A stretch of DNA of 64,000 nt from an uncultured Chloroflexia bacterium (lineage in GTDB: Bacteria; Chloroflexota; Limnocylindria; Limnocylindrales; CSP1-4). The stretch is taken from contig CAVSWB010000001.1 in NCBI GenBank assembly GCA_963731635.1, forward strand, positions 73,679 through 137,678, given 5' to 3'. The stretch's first letter is position 1; every line of letters starts with the position of its first letter. The position numbers and the translations under genes are program-made. Shown in pieces: positions 46,590-56,790 of the stretch. The notes beneath the pieces were generated by a model. It was given only the letters and a program-made list of their open reading frames with translations. It made no database searches and was not told where the DNA came from.

Positions 46590-48038
46590 ATGGATACCGC
46601 CGCCGAACGAACCGAGTCCGCCCACCCAACTGACGTCGGCCTGCCGGCCGAACCCTTCCTGTCGTACCGCAAGCCTCTGGAGCGCGCCGCGGAGCTGGCG
46701 CTCTCGTACATCGAAAGCCTGCCGGAGCGTCGCGTCGGCGTAGACGCGGCCGCCGCCGAGAAAGCCCGCGCGCGGCTGACGCGACCCCTGGCCGAGGATG
46801 GCGAAGACCCGGAGGCAGTCGTCGCGGAACTCGCTGCCGCCGCCGACCCGGGTCTCACGGCGATGAACGGGCCGCGCTACTTCGGGTTCGTCATCGGCGG
46901 CACGCTGCCGGCCGCGCTCGCCGCGGATTGGCTGACCAGCGCCTGGGACCAGAACGCGGTCATGTACGGGCCCTCGCCGGCTGCGGCGGCCGTCGAGGCG
47001 GCCGCGGGTGGGTGGCTCGTCGACGTCCTGGGCCTGCCGGCCGAGACCGGCGTCGGCTTCACAACGGGTGCCACGACGGCGAACCTGACGTGCCTGGTCG
47101 CTGCTCGCCACGAGGTGTTGCGGCGGGCGGGTTGGGACGTCGAAGCCGACGGCCTCCAGGGCGCCCCACAGATCACGGTCGTGGCCGGCGAGGAAGTCCA
47201 TCCGAGCATGCTCAAGGCACTCAGGCTGGTCGGACTGGGCCAGCGATCGGGGTTACGTGTCGCGGTGGACGACCAGGGACGGATGCGGCCCGATGCCCTG
47301 GCCCTGGCGCTGGACTCCACGGACGGGCCGGTCATCGTCGCGGCCCAGATCGGCAACGTGAACAGCGGCGCCTCCGATCCGCTCGAGGAGATCCTGTCGC
47401 ATGTACGACGCCTGCCGAACGCCTGGCTGCACGTGGACGGAGCATTCGGCCTGTGGGCGGCGGCTTCGCCCCGGCTGAGAGCCAAGGTCGCCGGCCTGGC
47501 CGACGCCAATTCGGTCGCGACCGACGCGCACAAGTGGCTCAACACGCCCTACGACTCGGGTCTCGCCTTCATCCGCAACGTGGACGCCGTGAGGGCCGCG
47601 ATGAGCATGAGCGCGGCGTATCTGCCGGCTTCGGCGACCGAGCGGGAGCCGCTGGAATACGTACCCGAGATGTCACGGCGCGCCAGGGGCTTTCCGGTCT
47701 ACGCCGCTCTCCGATCGCTCGGCAAGCGCGGCCTGGCCGAGATGGTCGAGCGGAGCTGCGCAGTCGCGACATACCTGGCGGAGCAGCTGGCCACGGATCC
47801 GGGCGTACGCATTCTCAACGACGTGGTTCTGAACCAGGTCCTCGTCCGCTTCGGCGACGACGACGAGCAGACCCGGGAAGTGGTGCGGCGCGTTCAGGCC
47901 GACGGAACGCTCTGGGCCGGAGGTACGGTGTGGCACGGCCACGCCGCAATGCGGCTGTCCGTTTCCGGCTGGGCGACGACCCGGGCGGACGCGCAGCGCA
48001 CCGTCGATTCGATCCTCCGGGCGAGCCACGGCCGCTGA
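46590..48038 (+). CDS. Pyridoxal-phosphate-dependent group II decarboxylase family protein
   Basis: GATTANLTCLVAAR and the PLP-lysine motif SVATDAHKWLNTPYDSG. Confidence 0.8.
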   Translation: MDTAAERTESAHPTDVGLPAEPFLSYRKPLERAAELALSYIESLPERRVGVDAAAAEKARARLTRPLAEDGEDPEAVVAELAAAADPGLTAMNGPRYFGFVIGGTLPAALAADWLTSAWDQNAVMYGPSPAAAAVEAAAGGWLVDVLGLPAETGVGFTTGATTANLTCLVAARHEVLRRAGWDVEADGLQGAPQITVVAGEEVHPSMLKALRLVGLGQRSGLRVAVDDQGRMRPDALALALDSTDGPVIVAAQIGNVNSGASDPLEEILSHVRRLPNAWLHVDGAFGLWAAASPRLRAKVAGLADANSVATDAHKWLNTPYDSGLAFIRNVDAVRAAMSMSAAYLPASATEREPLEYVPEMSRRARGFPVYAALRSLGKRGLAEMVERSCAVATYLAEQLATDPGVRILNDVVLNQVLVRFGDDDEQTREVVRRVQADGTLWAGGTVWHGHAAMRLSVSGWATTRADAQRTVDSILRASHGR

Positions 48039-48050
48039 CAGGCCCCCCGG

Positions 48051-49790
48051 TCAGCAGGGCACGGTCGGACAGGGCTCGTTCTCGGGAGGCCGGCGCCGCG
48101 TCAGCCTCGAGCCGCTGTACGAGGGTTCGGTCTGCGGCCGCGGGCGCACCGGAGCCGGCGCCGCCAAGGGCCCTTCTGAGATCGTCTCGGGCTGCTCGAA
48201 CGTCACTCGCATCGGCGCCTCGGGCAGGAAGACGACCAGTACGGCGCCGATAACCGCGCCGACGGCGCCGACCCAGAAAGTCGATGCCAGGGCAATCGAG
48301 AAAGCCTGGTGGATGGCGGAGACGATGTTGGGTATCAGCGGCGCCACAGTGTCGCGAGCCCCAGCCGGCACGCTGGCCAGGATTCGCTGGCCGAGATCGC
48401 CGGTACCGGTCAGGTCGACCGCACTTCCGCCGGCCGCGAATTGTGTGACGAGCGGCTTCGGAACTCCGGCGCCCAGAAGCTGAGCCGGGACTTCGGTGGA
48501 CATGCGCCCGGCGAACACGGTTCCGGCGATCGTCAGCCCCACGGTGCCGCCGATCTGCTGGAAGAACGTCAGGCTGGCTGTCGCGACGCCGACCAGCTCG
48601 GGCTTCACGGTGTTCTGCACCACCAGCGCGAAGACCGCGAACGACGGGCCGATGCCGAGTCCGGCGATGACCATCCAGAACCACAGCACGGGCTGGGGAG
48701 TGTCGGCGCGAAGGCTGGTCAGCAGGAAGAGGCCTGCAGCGAGAAGGACGAAGGAGCCGAGCACCAGGATCCTGTAGTGCCCGGTGCGCGCCACGATCTG
48801 GCCGGACAGAGTGGCGCTCAAGATGAGCGCGGCCAGGAGCGGCAGAAGGTCGTAGCCCGAGACCGTCGCGCTCGAGCCCTGAACCGACTGGAACCAGCGG
48901 GGCAGGAAGATGACCGCGCCGAAGAACCCGAACGCCGCCAGGAACATGGCACTGACGGAAATCGTAAAGGCTCGGATCCTGAAGAGCCCGAGGGGCAAAA
49001 TCGGGTCGGACACGCGAGATTCGATGAAGACGAATAGCGCCGCGAACGCCAGACCGACCAGCATCAGACCGCCGACCGCGGCATCGGTCCAGTTGCCCGT
49101 CTGCTCGTTCGTGAGGCCGATCAGGAACGGCGCGATGGCAAGGGCAAACACGCCGGCGCCGAGGAAGTCGATATGAGTCGCCGCTTCGGGCCGCTTGATG
49201 GCGGGCAGGAGCCGCCACATGATCACGAGCGACACCAGACCCAGCGGCACGTTGATGAAGAAGATCCAGTGCCAGGTGATGGTGTCGGTGATGAAGCCGC
49301 CGATGCCGGGACCGAGCAGCGAGGACAGCCCGAAGACCGCTCCGAACAGGCCGAGGTACTTGCCGCGTTCCGCAGGCGTATAGAGGTCGGCCACTACCGC
49401 GAGCGAGATCGGGAAGATGGCGCCGCCGCCGAGGCCCTGGAGTCCTCGGAACAGGATCAGCTGCCACATCTGCTGGCTGAGGCCCGACCCTACCGAACTC
49501 AGCAGGAACAGGCTCACCGCGAAGATCACGATCGGCCGTCGGCCGAAGAGGTCGGACAGCTTGCCGTAGATCGGACCGCTGATCGTCGCGGTCAGCAGGT
49601 AGACCGTGACCACCCAGGTGTACAAGTTGTCGCCCTTGAGGTCGGTGACGATCCTCGGCAGGGCGGTGCCGACGACGGTCTGGTCCAGAGCGAACAGGAA
49701 CAGCGCGAGCAGAATCGCTCCCAGGATCTCGAGCCGAGCGCGGGGGCTGAGCTCGACGGCCGGGACGGCGGCTGCAGGGGCGGAGCTCAT
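48051..49790 (-). CDS. MFS transporter, DHA2 (EmrB/QacA, 14-TMS) type
   Basis: ALDQTVVGTALPRIV, GKLSDLFGRRP, and about 14 hydrophobic segments. GGAGGGAG RBS precedes the ATG at 49790. Confidence 0.9.
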   Translation of the reverse strand: MSSAPAAAVPAVELSPRARLEILGAILLALFLFALDQTVVGTALPRIVTDLKGDNLYTWVVTVYLLTATISGPIYGKLSDLFGRRPIVIFAVSLFLLSSVGSGLSQQMWQLILFRGLQGLGGGAIFPISLAVVADLYTPAERGKYLGLFGAVFGLSSLLGPGIGGFITDTITWHWIFFINVPLGLVSLVIMWRLLPAIKRPEAATHIDFLGAGVFALAIAPFLIGLTNEQTGNWTDAAVGGLMLVGLAFAALFVFIESRVSDPILPLGLFRIRAFTISVSAMFLAAFGFFGAVIFLPRWFQSVQGSSATVSGYDLLPLLAALILSATLSGQIVARTGHYRILVLGSFVLLAAGLFLLTSLRADTPQPVLWFWMVIAGLGIGPSFAVFALVVQNTVKPELVGVATASLTFFQQIGGTVGLTIAGTVFAGRMSTEVPAQLLGAGVPKPLVTQFAAGGSAVDLTGTGDLGQRILASVPAGARDTVAPLIPNIVSAIHQAFSIALASTFWVGAVGAVIGAVLVVFLPEAPMRVTFEQPETISEGPLAAPAPVRPRPQTEPSYSGSRLTRRRPPENEPCPTVPC

Positions 49791-50078
49791 GACACTCCCT
49801 CCGTAGGGTTGCAGATGGAATGGCTGCGGGCGGCGAAGACCTGTACGACGGCACGTTCGCCGGCACCAAGGGCCGTCCCAATTCTGCGCCCACATCGCGT
49901 CCCGGCGATAGCCATGGCCCGCAGAGTGGGATCGGTTTCGGTCTCGCCGCTCGGCCGGATGCGGGGCGTGAGCTAAGTTCCAACTCGATTGGGCTGGCTC
50001 GCTTTCCTGACCAATGTGTCCGCGTCACGGACTTACAGGTGAGATGCGGTCGCCCTTACGCTCGGTAGGCTTGCGTGA

Positions 50079-51791
50079 ATGCGCCTGGGAATCTCTCGCA
50101 ACAACAAGTACCTGATTGCGATCGGAGGCGTGACGGTCCTCGCGATCCTGCTTGTCGCGTTCGCCTACGCCTGGACGGAGTCGGAGCGGATCGACATCCA
50201 GGTCGACAGCCGCCAGGCCAGCGACCTGTGGGCGGAGTCGGCCGCTCTCATGGGCGACGTCGACGCCCAGCAGTCGGCCGTAGACGATTACCTCCTCTCG
50301 GCCGATCCACTTCTCCTGAGCAAGTACCAGGTTGCCGTCGCCGATGAGACATCCGTGGCATCGACGATGCGCGCTGGAGCGATCGAGCTGCCGGGTCTGG
50401 ACCGCGCCGTCGTAGATCTCGAGGCCGCGACGACGTCGTGGCGCTCGGCATTCGCCCGGCCGGCCATCGCCGCCGTCGGGATCGGGGGCGCAGCCCTCTC
50501 GGCCCATTCCCTTGGACTGGGGTCCGAGGAGGATGCAGTTCAGGCGGCGCTCACAGCGATGACCGCCCAGCTCAATCTCGCCGAAGACGGCCTCAGAAAG
50601 CGCGAGGATGCGCTTGCGGCGACCCGGACCGCGGCGACAGTGTTCGGTCTGGGCGCCCTGGTGATCTCCGCCGCGCTGAGCCTGTGGCTCATCCGCAAAT
50701 TCGGATACGCGCTCGAGAAGGACGCGGTGCGGGCGGGCATCTTGAACAGGTTCACGGAGACGACTTCCTTCGCCAGTGATGACTCCGGCATCGCGAGGGC
50801 GAACCTCGAGGCCCTGACGCTGCTCGTTCATCCGGACGCCGGCGTGACCCACATCCTCAACGCGTCACGGGATCGGGGCATCCCCGAAGCGACAATGGGC
50901 GGGGTGGAGGCGAAGGTCCTGGCCCTCCAGGCTGTCTCGACCTGCGCGGGAATGATCCGCGGCGCGATGTACGTGTCGTCGGATCTGGCAGCACCCCTGA
51001 GCGTCCATTGCCCGATCTATCCGGCCGAGCACGGCACGCTGGCCTGCGTCCCCCTCGTGAGCGGCGAGTCGATCGGCGTGGTGCACTTGTATTGGGACCG
51101 TCCTCGGGCGCTCCCAATCGAAATCCGGCGGAGCGTGGCCCAGATTGCCGCCCACGCCGCTCTGACGATCGGCAACCGCCACCTTCTCGACGCCCTCCGC
51201 GACCAGGCGAGCACCGACGCGCGAACCGGCCTCGCCAACAGCCGCGCCTTCGATCTCGGCCTCGAGTACGCGCTCGCCGCGCGGAGTGCCGACGAGTCGA
51301 TTTCGGTGCTGATGCTCGACCTCGATCATTTCAAGAAGTTCAACGACCGCCATGGACACCCTGCCGGCGACGAAGCCCTTCGGACATTCGCCGAAGTCCT
51401 GCGGTCGTGCATGCGCGACGGCGACCTCGCAGCGCGCTACGGCGGCGAGGAGTTCGCGGTCATGCTGCCCAAGGTCGATCCGGCGGCGGCGATGACGATC
51501 GCGCAGCGCATCCGGGAGAGGACCGAGTCCACGATCGTTTCTCTTTCCCCAGGGATTACCGGCAGGATCACGGTCTCGATCGGCATCGCTGCGGCGCCAA
51601 TCCAGGCGCTCGAACAGCTTAGCCTCCTGCGGCTCGCCGACGAAGCCCTCTACCAGGCCAAGGCGACGGGCCGGAACCGCGTGGTATATCTCGGCCAGGC
51701 GGCTCCGGACCACAAGGTCGCCGAAATGGTGGAATCGGCCAAGCCTGCCGCCGTGCCCGACCCAGAACCGGCCGACGGCTCAGCTGCCTAG
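50079..51791 (+). CDS. Membrane sensor diguanylate cyclase (N-terminal extracytoplasmic helical sensor, TM, GAF-like, GGDEF)
   Basis: The GGDEF domain has DARTGLANSRAF, LDLDHFKKFNDRHGHPAGD and the active site RYGGEEFAVML. Confidence 0.85.
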   Translation: MRLGISRNNKYLIAIGGVTVLAILLVAFAYAWTESERIDIQVDSRQASDLWAESAALMGDVDAQQSAVDDYLLSADPLLLSKYQVAVADETSVASTMRAGAIELPGLDRAVVDLEAATTSWRSAFARPAIAAVGIGGAALSAHSLGLGSEEDAVQAALTAMTAQLNLAEDGLRKREDALAATRTAATVFGLGALVISAALSLWLIRKFGYALEKDAVRAGILNRFTETTSFASDDSGIARANLEALTLLVHPDAGVTHILNASRDRGIPEATMGGVEAKVLALQAVSTCAGMIRGAMYVSSDLAAPLSVHCPIYPAEHGTLACVPLVSGESIGVVHLYWDRPRALPIEIRRSVAQIAAHAALTIGNRHLLDALRDQASTDARTGLANSRAFDLGLEYALAARSADESISVLMLDLDHFKKFNDRHGHPAGDEALRTFAEVLRSCMRDGDLAARYGGEEFAVMLPKVDPAAAMTIAQRIRERTESTIVSLSPGITGRITVSIGIAAAPIQALEQLSLLRLADEALYQAKATGRNRVVYLGQAAPDHKVAEMVESAKPAAVPDPEPADGSAA

Positions 51792-51907
51792 CTGCGTAGC
51801 CGCTTAGCTCGCTGCCGACCGTTCGGCGCAACTGGGCCGGCCGCCGGAACTGCTCGGGGCCGCCCCATCCCGCTGAACGTTTGCGCCGTCTATACCGTCA
51901 GGTGGAC

Positions 51908-52495
51908 ATGGCGGTCAAGGAGAGCGAAATCCCACAGCTGCGGCGCACATCGGCGGCACTCGAAATCGGCCGATCCCTGGCCTTCGCGCAGTTCGTTGAC
52001 CGGGCCGCCCTCGACAAGGCGTACCGCTACGCGACGCTGATCCTGGGCGACCCGACCGAAGCAGAGGACGCGACCCACGACGCCGCGCTCCGCGCCTGGC
52101 ATCGGTTCGGCGAATTGCGCGAACCAAGCCGTTTCGAGGCGTGGTTTGGGCGGATCCTGGTCAACGCCTGTCGCGATCGGCAGCGCGGACGCCGGCACAA
52201 CACGCTGAGCCTGGATGACCCCACCTTCCCGACCGAGGGGCCGTGGCTGCGAAGCGCCGGCGACCCTGCGGAGGCTTTCGGCCGGCGGGACGCGATGGCC
52301 GGGGCGCTTGGCGCGCTCCGCTCCGAACACCTCGAAGTTGTGGTCCTGCGTTTCTACCTCGACCTGACGATCGACCAGATCGCGGAACGGACGGGTACGC
52401 GGGCCGGCACGGTGAAGTCGCGTCTCCACTACGCCCTGCGCGAGTTGCGCAGGACCCTCGACGAGGACTCGCTAAAGGAGCATGGAAATGGCTGA
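51908..52495 (+). CDS. ECF-type sigma-70 family sigma factor
   Basis: Region 2 (DATHDAALRAWHRF...FEAWFGRILVNACRD) and region 4 (VVVLRFYLDLTIDQIAERTGTRAGTVKSRLHYALRELR). Confidence 0.85.
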   Translation: MAVKESEIPQLRRTSAALEIGRSLAFAQFVDRAALDKAYRYATLILGDPTEAEDATHDAALRAWHRFGELREPSRFEAWFGRILVNACRDRQRGRRHNTLSLDDPTFPTEGPWLRSAGDPAEAFGRRDAMAGALGALRSEHLEVVVLRFYLDLTIDQIAERTGTRAGTVKSRLHYALRELRRTLDEDSLKEHGNG

Positions 52496-53915
52496 CGAGC
52501 GGGACCTCGACGCGGAGATCCGCAAGACACTCGAAAACATGGCCGCTCGACCGGCGCCCGACCGGCTCCTGGACAAGGTGGCCGCAATTCCGGCAGCCGA
52601 GCCGACGTCGGAGCCGCTTCGCGCACTTCAGCGATCGAACCCTTCGCGGCTGCGCCTTGGCTTCAGCCTGGCCTCGGCCGCGATCGTGGCAATCGTCATC
52701 GGCGGGGCCTTGTACTTCCGCGGCGGCATCCAGGGCGCCGCCAGCGAGAGCACGCCCCCGGCGAGCGCCTCGTCGATTGCCGCGGAGACCGCCAGCCCGA
52801 CACCCGCCTCGTCCACGTCGGCGATCGCCTCGACGCCATTGCCCAGCCTCGTGGCCGTGGCGCCGTCGTCGTCACCCAATGCATCCCCGACAGCGCCGGA
52901 CGCGATCCCGCCCGACTTCCAGCCTCTGTCGGTCACGTTCGTCTCGGCCGACATGGGCTGGGCCCTCGGTAGCGCGGGCTGCGGCGCGAACACCTGCCCG
53001 GTCATCGTCCGGACTCTCGACGGCGGCCGGACCTGGACCCGCATCACGGCGCCCCCGGCACCGCTGGATTACGCCGGCGACTACCAGGCCGGAAGCGGCG
53101 TGAGCGGATTGCGTTTCGCCGACCCGCTTGACGGCTGGGCCTTTGGGCCGGGCCTGTGGGCTACCCACGACGGCGGCAAGACATGGAAGCAGATCTCGAT
53201 CCCCGGCCTGCCGAACGGAGCTGTGGCCGCTCTCGAAGCATCCTCAGGGGCCGTCCAGGTCGTCGCCTACGACGGAAACACGGACTACCGAATTGCCTCG
53301 AGTCCGGTCTCCTCCGACGCCTTGACGCTCGCCAAGCTGAGCGTGCCCGTTGGCGCCGGCCCGGTGCCCGAAGTACAACTCGTGCTCCAGGGTCAGGCCG
53401 GCTGGGTGCTCGAGAACGATCGAGTGGTCACGGCCGGGGCGCGGCTCGTCAATGGGACGTGGCAGACCTGGCAGCCGCCCTGCCTGGATGTACTGGGCCC
53501 CGCGACGCTGGCCGCGGCAAACGCGCAAGAGCTGAACGCCGTCTGCAACGAGGGGATCTGGGGCCCGGCGCCCGGAGGCCAGCAGGGCGACCATCTCTAT
53601 CGCTCGTCCGACGGGGGCCAGACCTTCGTGGAAACGGGACCACAACTCGCCGTGTCCGGGCCGATCGGAGCTCCGTCGGCCTCGACGATAGTCGCCAGCA
53701 GCGGCGGGTCCCAGCTGGTCATGACCATCGACGGCGGGCTCACATGGAGCGCCGCCTCCCTCCCGGTCCAGTCTGCCAGCCCCTACGTCAGCTACCTCGG
53801 GTTTACCACACCGACCCAGGGCGTGCTGATCGCCTCCGACAGCGGCAACCGTAGCCAGCTACTGATGACCCGCGACGGCGGGCGCACCTGGTTTTCCGTC
53901 CAGTTCGGCGGGTAG
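52482..53915 (+). CDS. Single-pass membrane protein with extracytoplasmic BNR/Ycf48-like beta-propeller; putative anti-sigma or sensor partner of the ECF sigma
   Basis: The start overlaps the sigma gene stop by 14 nt. One TM helix (FSLASAAIVAIVIGGALYF). Repeated D-G-G-x-T-W motifs (TLDGGRTWTRI, THDGGKTWKQI, SSDGGQTFVE, TIDGGLTWSA, TRDGGRTWFSV). Confidence 0.7.
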   Translation: MEMADERDLDAEIRKTLENMAARPAPDRLLDKVAAIPAAEPTSEPLRALQRSNPSRLRLGFSLASAAIVAIVIGGALYFRGGIQGAASESTPPASASSIAAETASPTPASSTSAIASTPLPSLVAVAPSSSPNASPTAPDAIPPDFQPLSVTFVSADMGWALGSAGCGANTCPVIVRTLDGGRTWTRITAPPAPLDYAGDYQAGSGVSGLRFADPLDGWAFGPGLWATHDGGKTWKQISIPGLPNGAVAALEASSGAVQVVAYDGNTDYRIASSPVSSDALTLAKLSVPVGAGPVPEVQLVLQGQAGWVLENDRVVTAGARLVNGTWQTWQPPCLDVLGPATLAAANAQELNAVCNEGIWGPAPGGQQGDHLYRSSDGGQTFVETGPQLAVSGPIGAPSASTIVASSGGSQLVMTIDGGLTWSAASLPVQSASPYVSYLGFTTPTQGVLIASDSGNRSQLLMTRDGGRTWFSVQFGG

Positions 53916-54039
53916 CCTCGGGCTCGCCTCGACCCATCCCGCGAAACCGGACCTGCGCCGGAGCGCGGGCTACGGCGCGGCGCGGCACGGTAGTCGGACC
54001 CAGCCACCCGAACGACCCCGACCGGATTGGAGCGTCGAA

Positions 54040-54708
54040 ATGACCACCACCCACCGCGCCGAGACAGCCGCCCGGTCCGCCGAAATCCGCCTGCCGCACG
54101 AAGAACGGGAGGTCCAGCGTTTCGGCGCCATGCGCCTGCTCCCCATCGCCCTGGCCGCCGAAGCGAGGCAGGAAAGCTGCCAGCTGCTCAACGGCATCCT
54201 CGCCGACAGCATGATCCTGTACGCCATGTACAAGAAACATCATTGGCTCGTCGCCGGGCCGACCTTCTATCAGCTTCATCTGCTCTTCGACAAGCACGCG
54301 GGCGAGCAACTCGAGCTGATCGACCTGCTGGCGGAACGCGTTCAGACCCTGGGCGGCGTGGCGGTCGGCGACCCGCGACATGCCGCCGAACTGACGTCGA
54401 TCGAGCGACCGCCCGACGGCGCCGAAGACGTGCCTTCCATGATTCACCGGCTGCTCGACGCCCACGAAATCGTGATCACCAATGTCCGGCATGCCATCGA
54501 CCGGACCGAGGCATCCGAGGATTGGGGCACGAACGACCTGCTCATGAGCGACGTCCTGCGCCGCAACGAGCTGCAGGTCTGGTTCGTGGCCGCTCACCTC
54601 GTCGACATCCCGCTCGATGCGTCGCGCGACCGGGCCGCCGGCGAGCCCGGCGCACGAGAGCGGGTGGCCGTTGGTCCCGGTCACCCGCGGAGGTCCGGGC
54701 GGGCGTAG
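54040..54708 (+). CDS. dps: Dps-family DNA-binding ferritin-like protein
   Basis: LYAMYKKHHWLVAGPTFYQLHLLFDKHAGEQLELIDLLAERV....LLMSDVLRRNELQVWF, with N- and C-terminal extensions. Confidence 0.85.
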   Translation: MTTTHRAETAARSAEIRLPHEEREVQRFGAMRLLPIALAAEARQESCQLLNGILADSMILYAMYKKHHWLVAGPTFYQLHLLFDKHAGEQLELIDLLAERVQTLGGVAVGDPRHAAELTSIERPPDGAEDVPSMIHRLLDAHEIVITNVRHAIDRTEASEDWGTNDLLMSDVLRRNELQVWFVAAHLVDIPLDASRDRAAGEPGARERVAVGPGHPRRSGRA

Positions 54709-54894
54709 CGTCGCGGTAGCGGCTCGCGGGGCTGGTCAAGCAGGCACACCCGCCCCACGCGCCAGTCGGCCTGAATAGGAGGCTTTCAGGCAGGACTCAG
54801 CCCGAGCGGCGAACCTGCCCGACGAATACCCCAGGCGGACACGAAGACGGACGATCTGGTCGCGACATCATCACCGAAAGAGCCGCGCCCCCGG

Positions 54895-55752
54895 TTGCGG
54901 CCGTGGACGCGGCTGCGCCGGCGACTCCAAACCAGGCGGCGCCTTCGTTCTGCTGCGCCCTTCGCCGCGACGGCGCTGATCGCCGTCCTGGCCGTTGAGG
55001 CCTACGGCGCGGCCACGCCGGGTCCGCGCCCCTTGACCCAGCAGGACGTCGCCACGAGCGTGGCTCACGCGCTCGCATCCGTTACACCGCCGCCGGCCTT
55101 CTCGGAAGCTGCCTATGCGGCCGTCCGTCCCTCGGTTGTCGTGATTCAAACGCAGGGGACGACCGCCTCGGCGTCGCCGAGCTCCGGCGGCCAGCCGGCA
55201 AGCTCCCCGACCGCCGGCGGATCCCTCGGCAGCGGCGTCGTGATCGACACCAGCGGCGACATCCTGACCGCCCTGCACGTTGTCGCGAACGCCACCTCGA
55301 TCACGGTCACGTTCGCCGATGGAACCCAATCGCCGGCCCAGGTCCAGACCTCGCAGGCGCAGAACGACATCGCGGTCCTGAAGGCCAGCCAGCCGCCGGC
55401 GAATCTCCAGCCCGCCACGCTCGGCAACCCGCGCAGCGTCCAGGTCGGCAGCGAGGCTTTCGTGATCGGCAATCCGTTCGGCCTGCCCGGCTCGATCAGC
55501 GCCGGCGTCGTATCGGGGCTCGATCGGTCGTTCCAGCTTCCCAACAACGGTCCGACGCTGCAGGGCCTCATCCAGGTCGATGCCGCGGTCAACCCGGGCA
55601 ACTCGGGCGGTCCGCTGGTCAACCGGGATGGCCAGGTCATCGGCATCGTCGCCGGCTTGATCAATCCCACCAACCAGGACGTGTTCATCGGCATCGGGCT
55701 TGCGGTTCCCATCGACGTGGCGGGCGGCGCGGCTGGTTTGCCGCTCGACTAG
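54895..55752 (+). CDS. Trypsin-like serine protease (S1C/HtrA-like, no PDZ domain)
   Basis: TM anchor. Catalytic His (ILTALHVV), Asp (NDIAVLKA) and Ser (GNSGGPLVN). Confidence 0.85.
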   Translation: MRPWTRLRRRLQTRRRLRSAAPFAATALIAVLAVEAYGAATPGPRPLTQQDVATSVAHALASVTPPPAFSEAAYAAVRPSVVVIQTQGTTASASPSSGGQPASSPTAGGSLGSGVVIDTSGDILTALHVVANATSITVTFADGTQSPAQVQTSQAQNDIAVLKASQPPANLQPATLGNPRSVQVGSEAFVIGNPFGLPGSISAGVVSGLDRSFQLPNNGPTLQGLIQVDAAVNPGNSGGPLVNRDGQVIGIVAGLINPTNQDVFIGIGLAVPIDVAGGAAGLPLD

Positions 55753-55776
55753 CCTCGACAGGCAGGAGGTCAACAG

Positions 55777-56790
55777 GTGCGTACACTGGCGGTTTCGGAG
55801 CCCACGGCGCCGATGGAGCGCCTGCTCTACGAGGTCAAGAAGGTCATCGTCGGCCAGGACCACCTCCTGGAGCGGCTGGCCGTGGCATTGCTCGCGCGCG
55901 GCCACTTGCTGGTCGAAGGCGTTCCGGGGCTGGCCAAGACGATGGCCATCAAGACGCTCGCGGAAGCCATCGGCGGCGAGTTCAAGCGGATCCAGTTCAC
56001 GCCGGACCTGGTGCCGGCCGACCTGATCGGGACGCGCATCTACAACCAGAAGACCGGCGAGTTCAACACGTCGCTTCGGGCCGGTCTTCACGAACCTGCT
56101 GCTCGCCGACGAGATCAACCGCGCCCCGGCCAAGGTCCAGAGCGCGCTTGCTCGAGGTCATGCAGGAGCGCCAGGTCACGATCGGTCGCGAGACCCACGC
56201 GGTGCCCGACCCGTTCCTCGTGCTGGCCACCCAGAACCCGATCGAGACCGAGGGCACCTACGCCCTGCCCGAGGCCCAGGTCGACCGGTTCATGCTCAAG
56301 GTGCTGGTCGGCTACCCGAGCGCCAACGAGGAGTTCGTCATCGTCGAGCGCATGACCGGGCGCCTCGAGCCGGTGCAGGAGGTGCTCTCGACCACGGAAG
56401 CTGCTCGACCTGCAGCAGCAGGCCGATCGCGTCTACGTCGACCCGGCGCTGATGGAGTACGCCGTGCGACTCGCGACGGCCACGCGGGCGCCCCGAGCGC
56501 ACGGCATGCCGGACCTGGAGCGTTACATCACTTACGGCGCCAGCCCGCGAGCCTCGATCAACCTGATCCTCACCGCCCGTGCCCTGGCCTTCGTCCGTGG
56601 CCGCGACTACGCGCTGCCGCAGGACGTGCTCGACATGGCTCGCGACGTGATGCGCCACCGCCTGGTGCTCTCGTTCGAGGCGCTGTCGGACAACGTGACC
56701 GCCGACGACGTCCTGACCATGATCCTCAAGCGGATTCCGGTGCCGGTGGTGCCGCTCCGAGAGCGCTCCGATGCTCGTCCCAGAGCCTGA
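55777..56790 (+). pseudogene. MoxR-family AAA+ ATPase gene interrupted by three +1 frameshifts (near 56077, 56149 and 56400)
   Basis: Conserved MoxR sequence is split over three frames. The pieces are ...[15 protein letters not shown]...GEFNTSL (frame 1), [23 protein letters not shown] (frame 2), [50 protein letters not shown] (frame 0), and [25 protein letters not shown]...[11 protein letters not shown] (frame 1). Confidence 0.7.
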
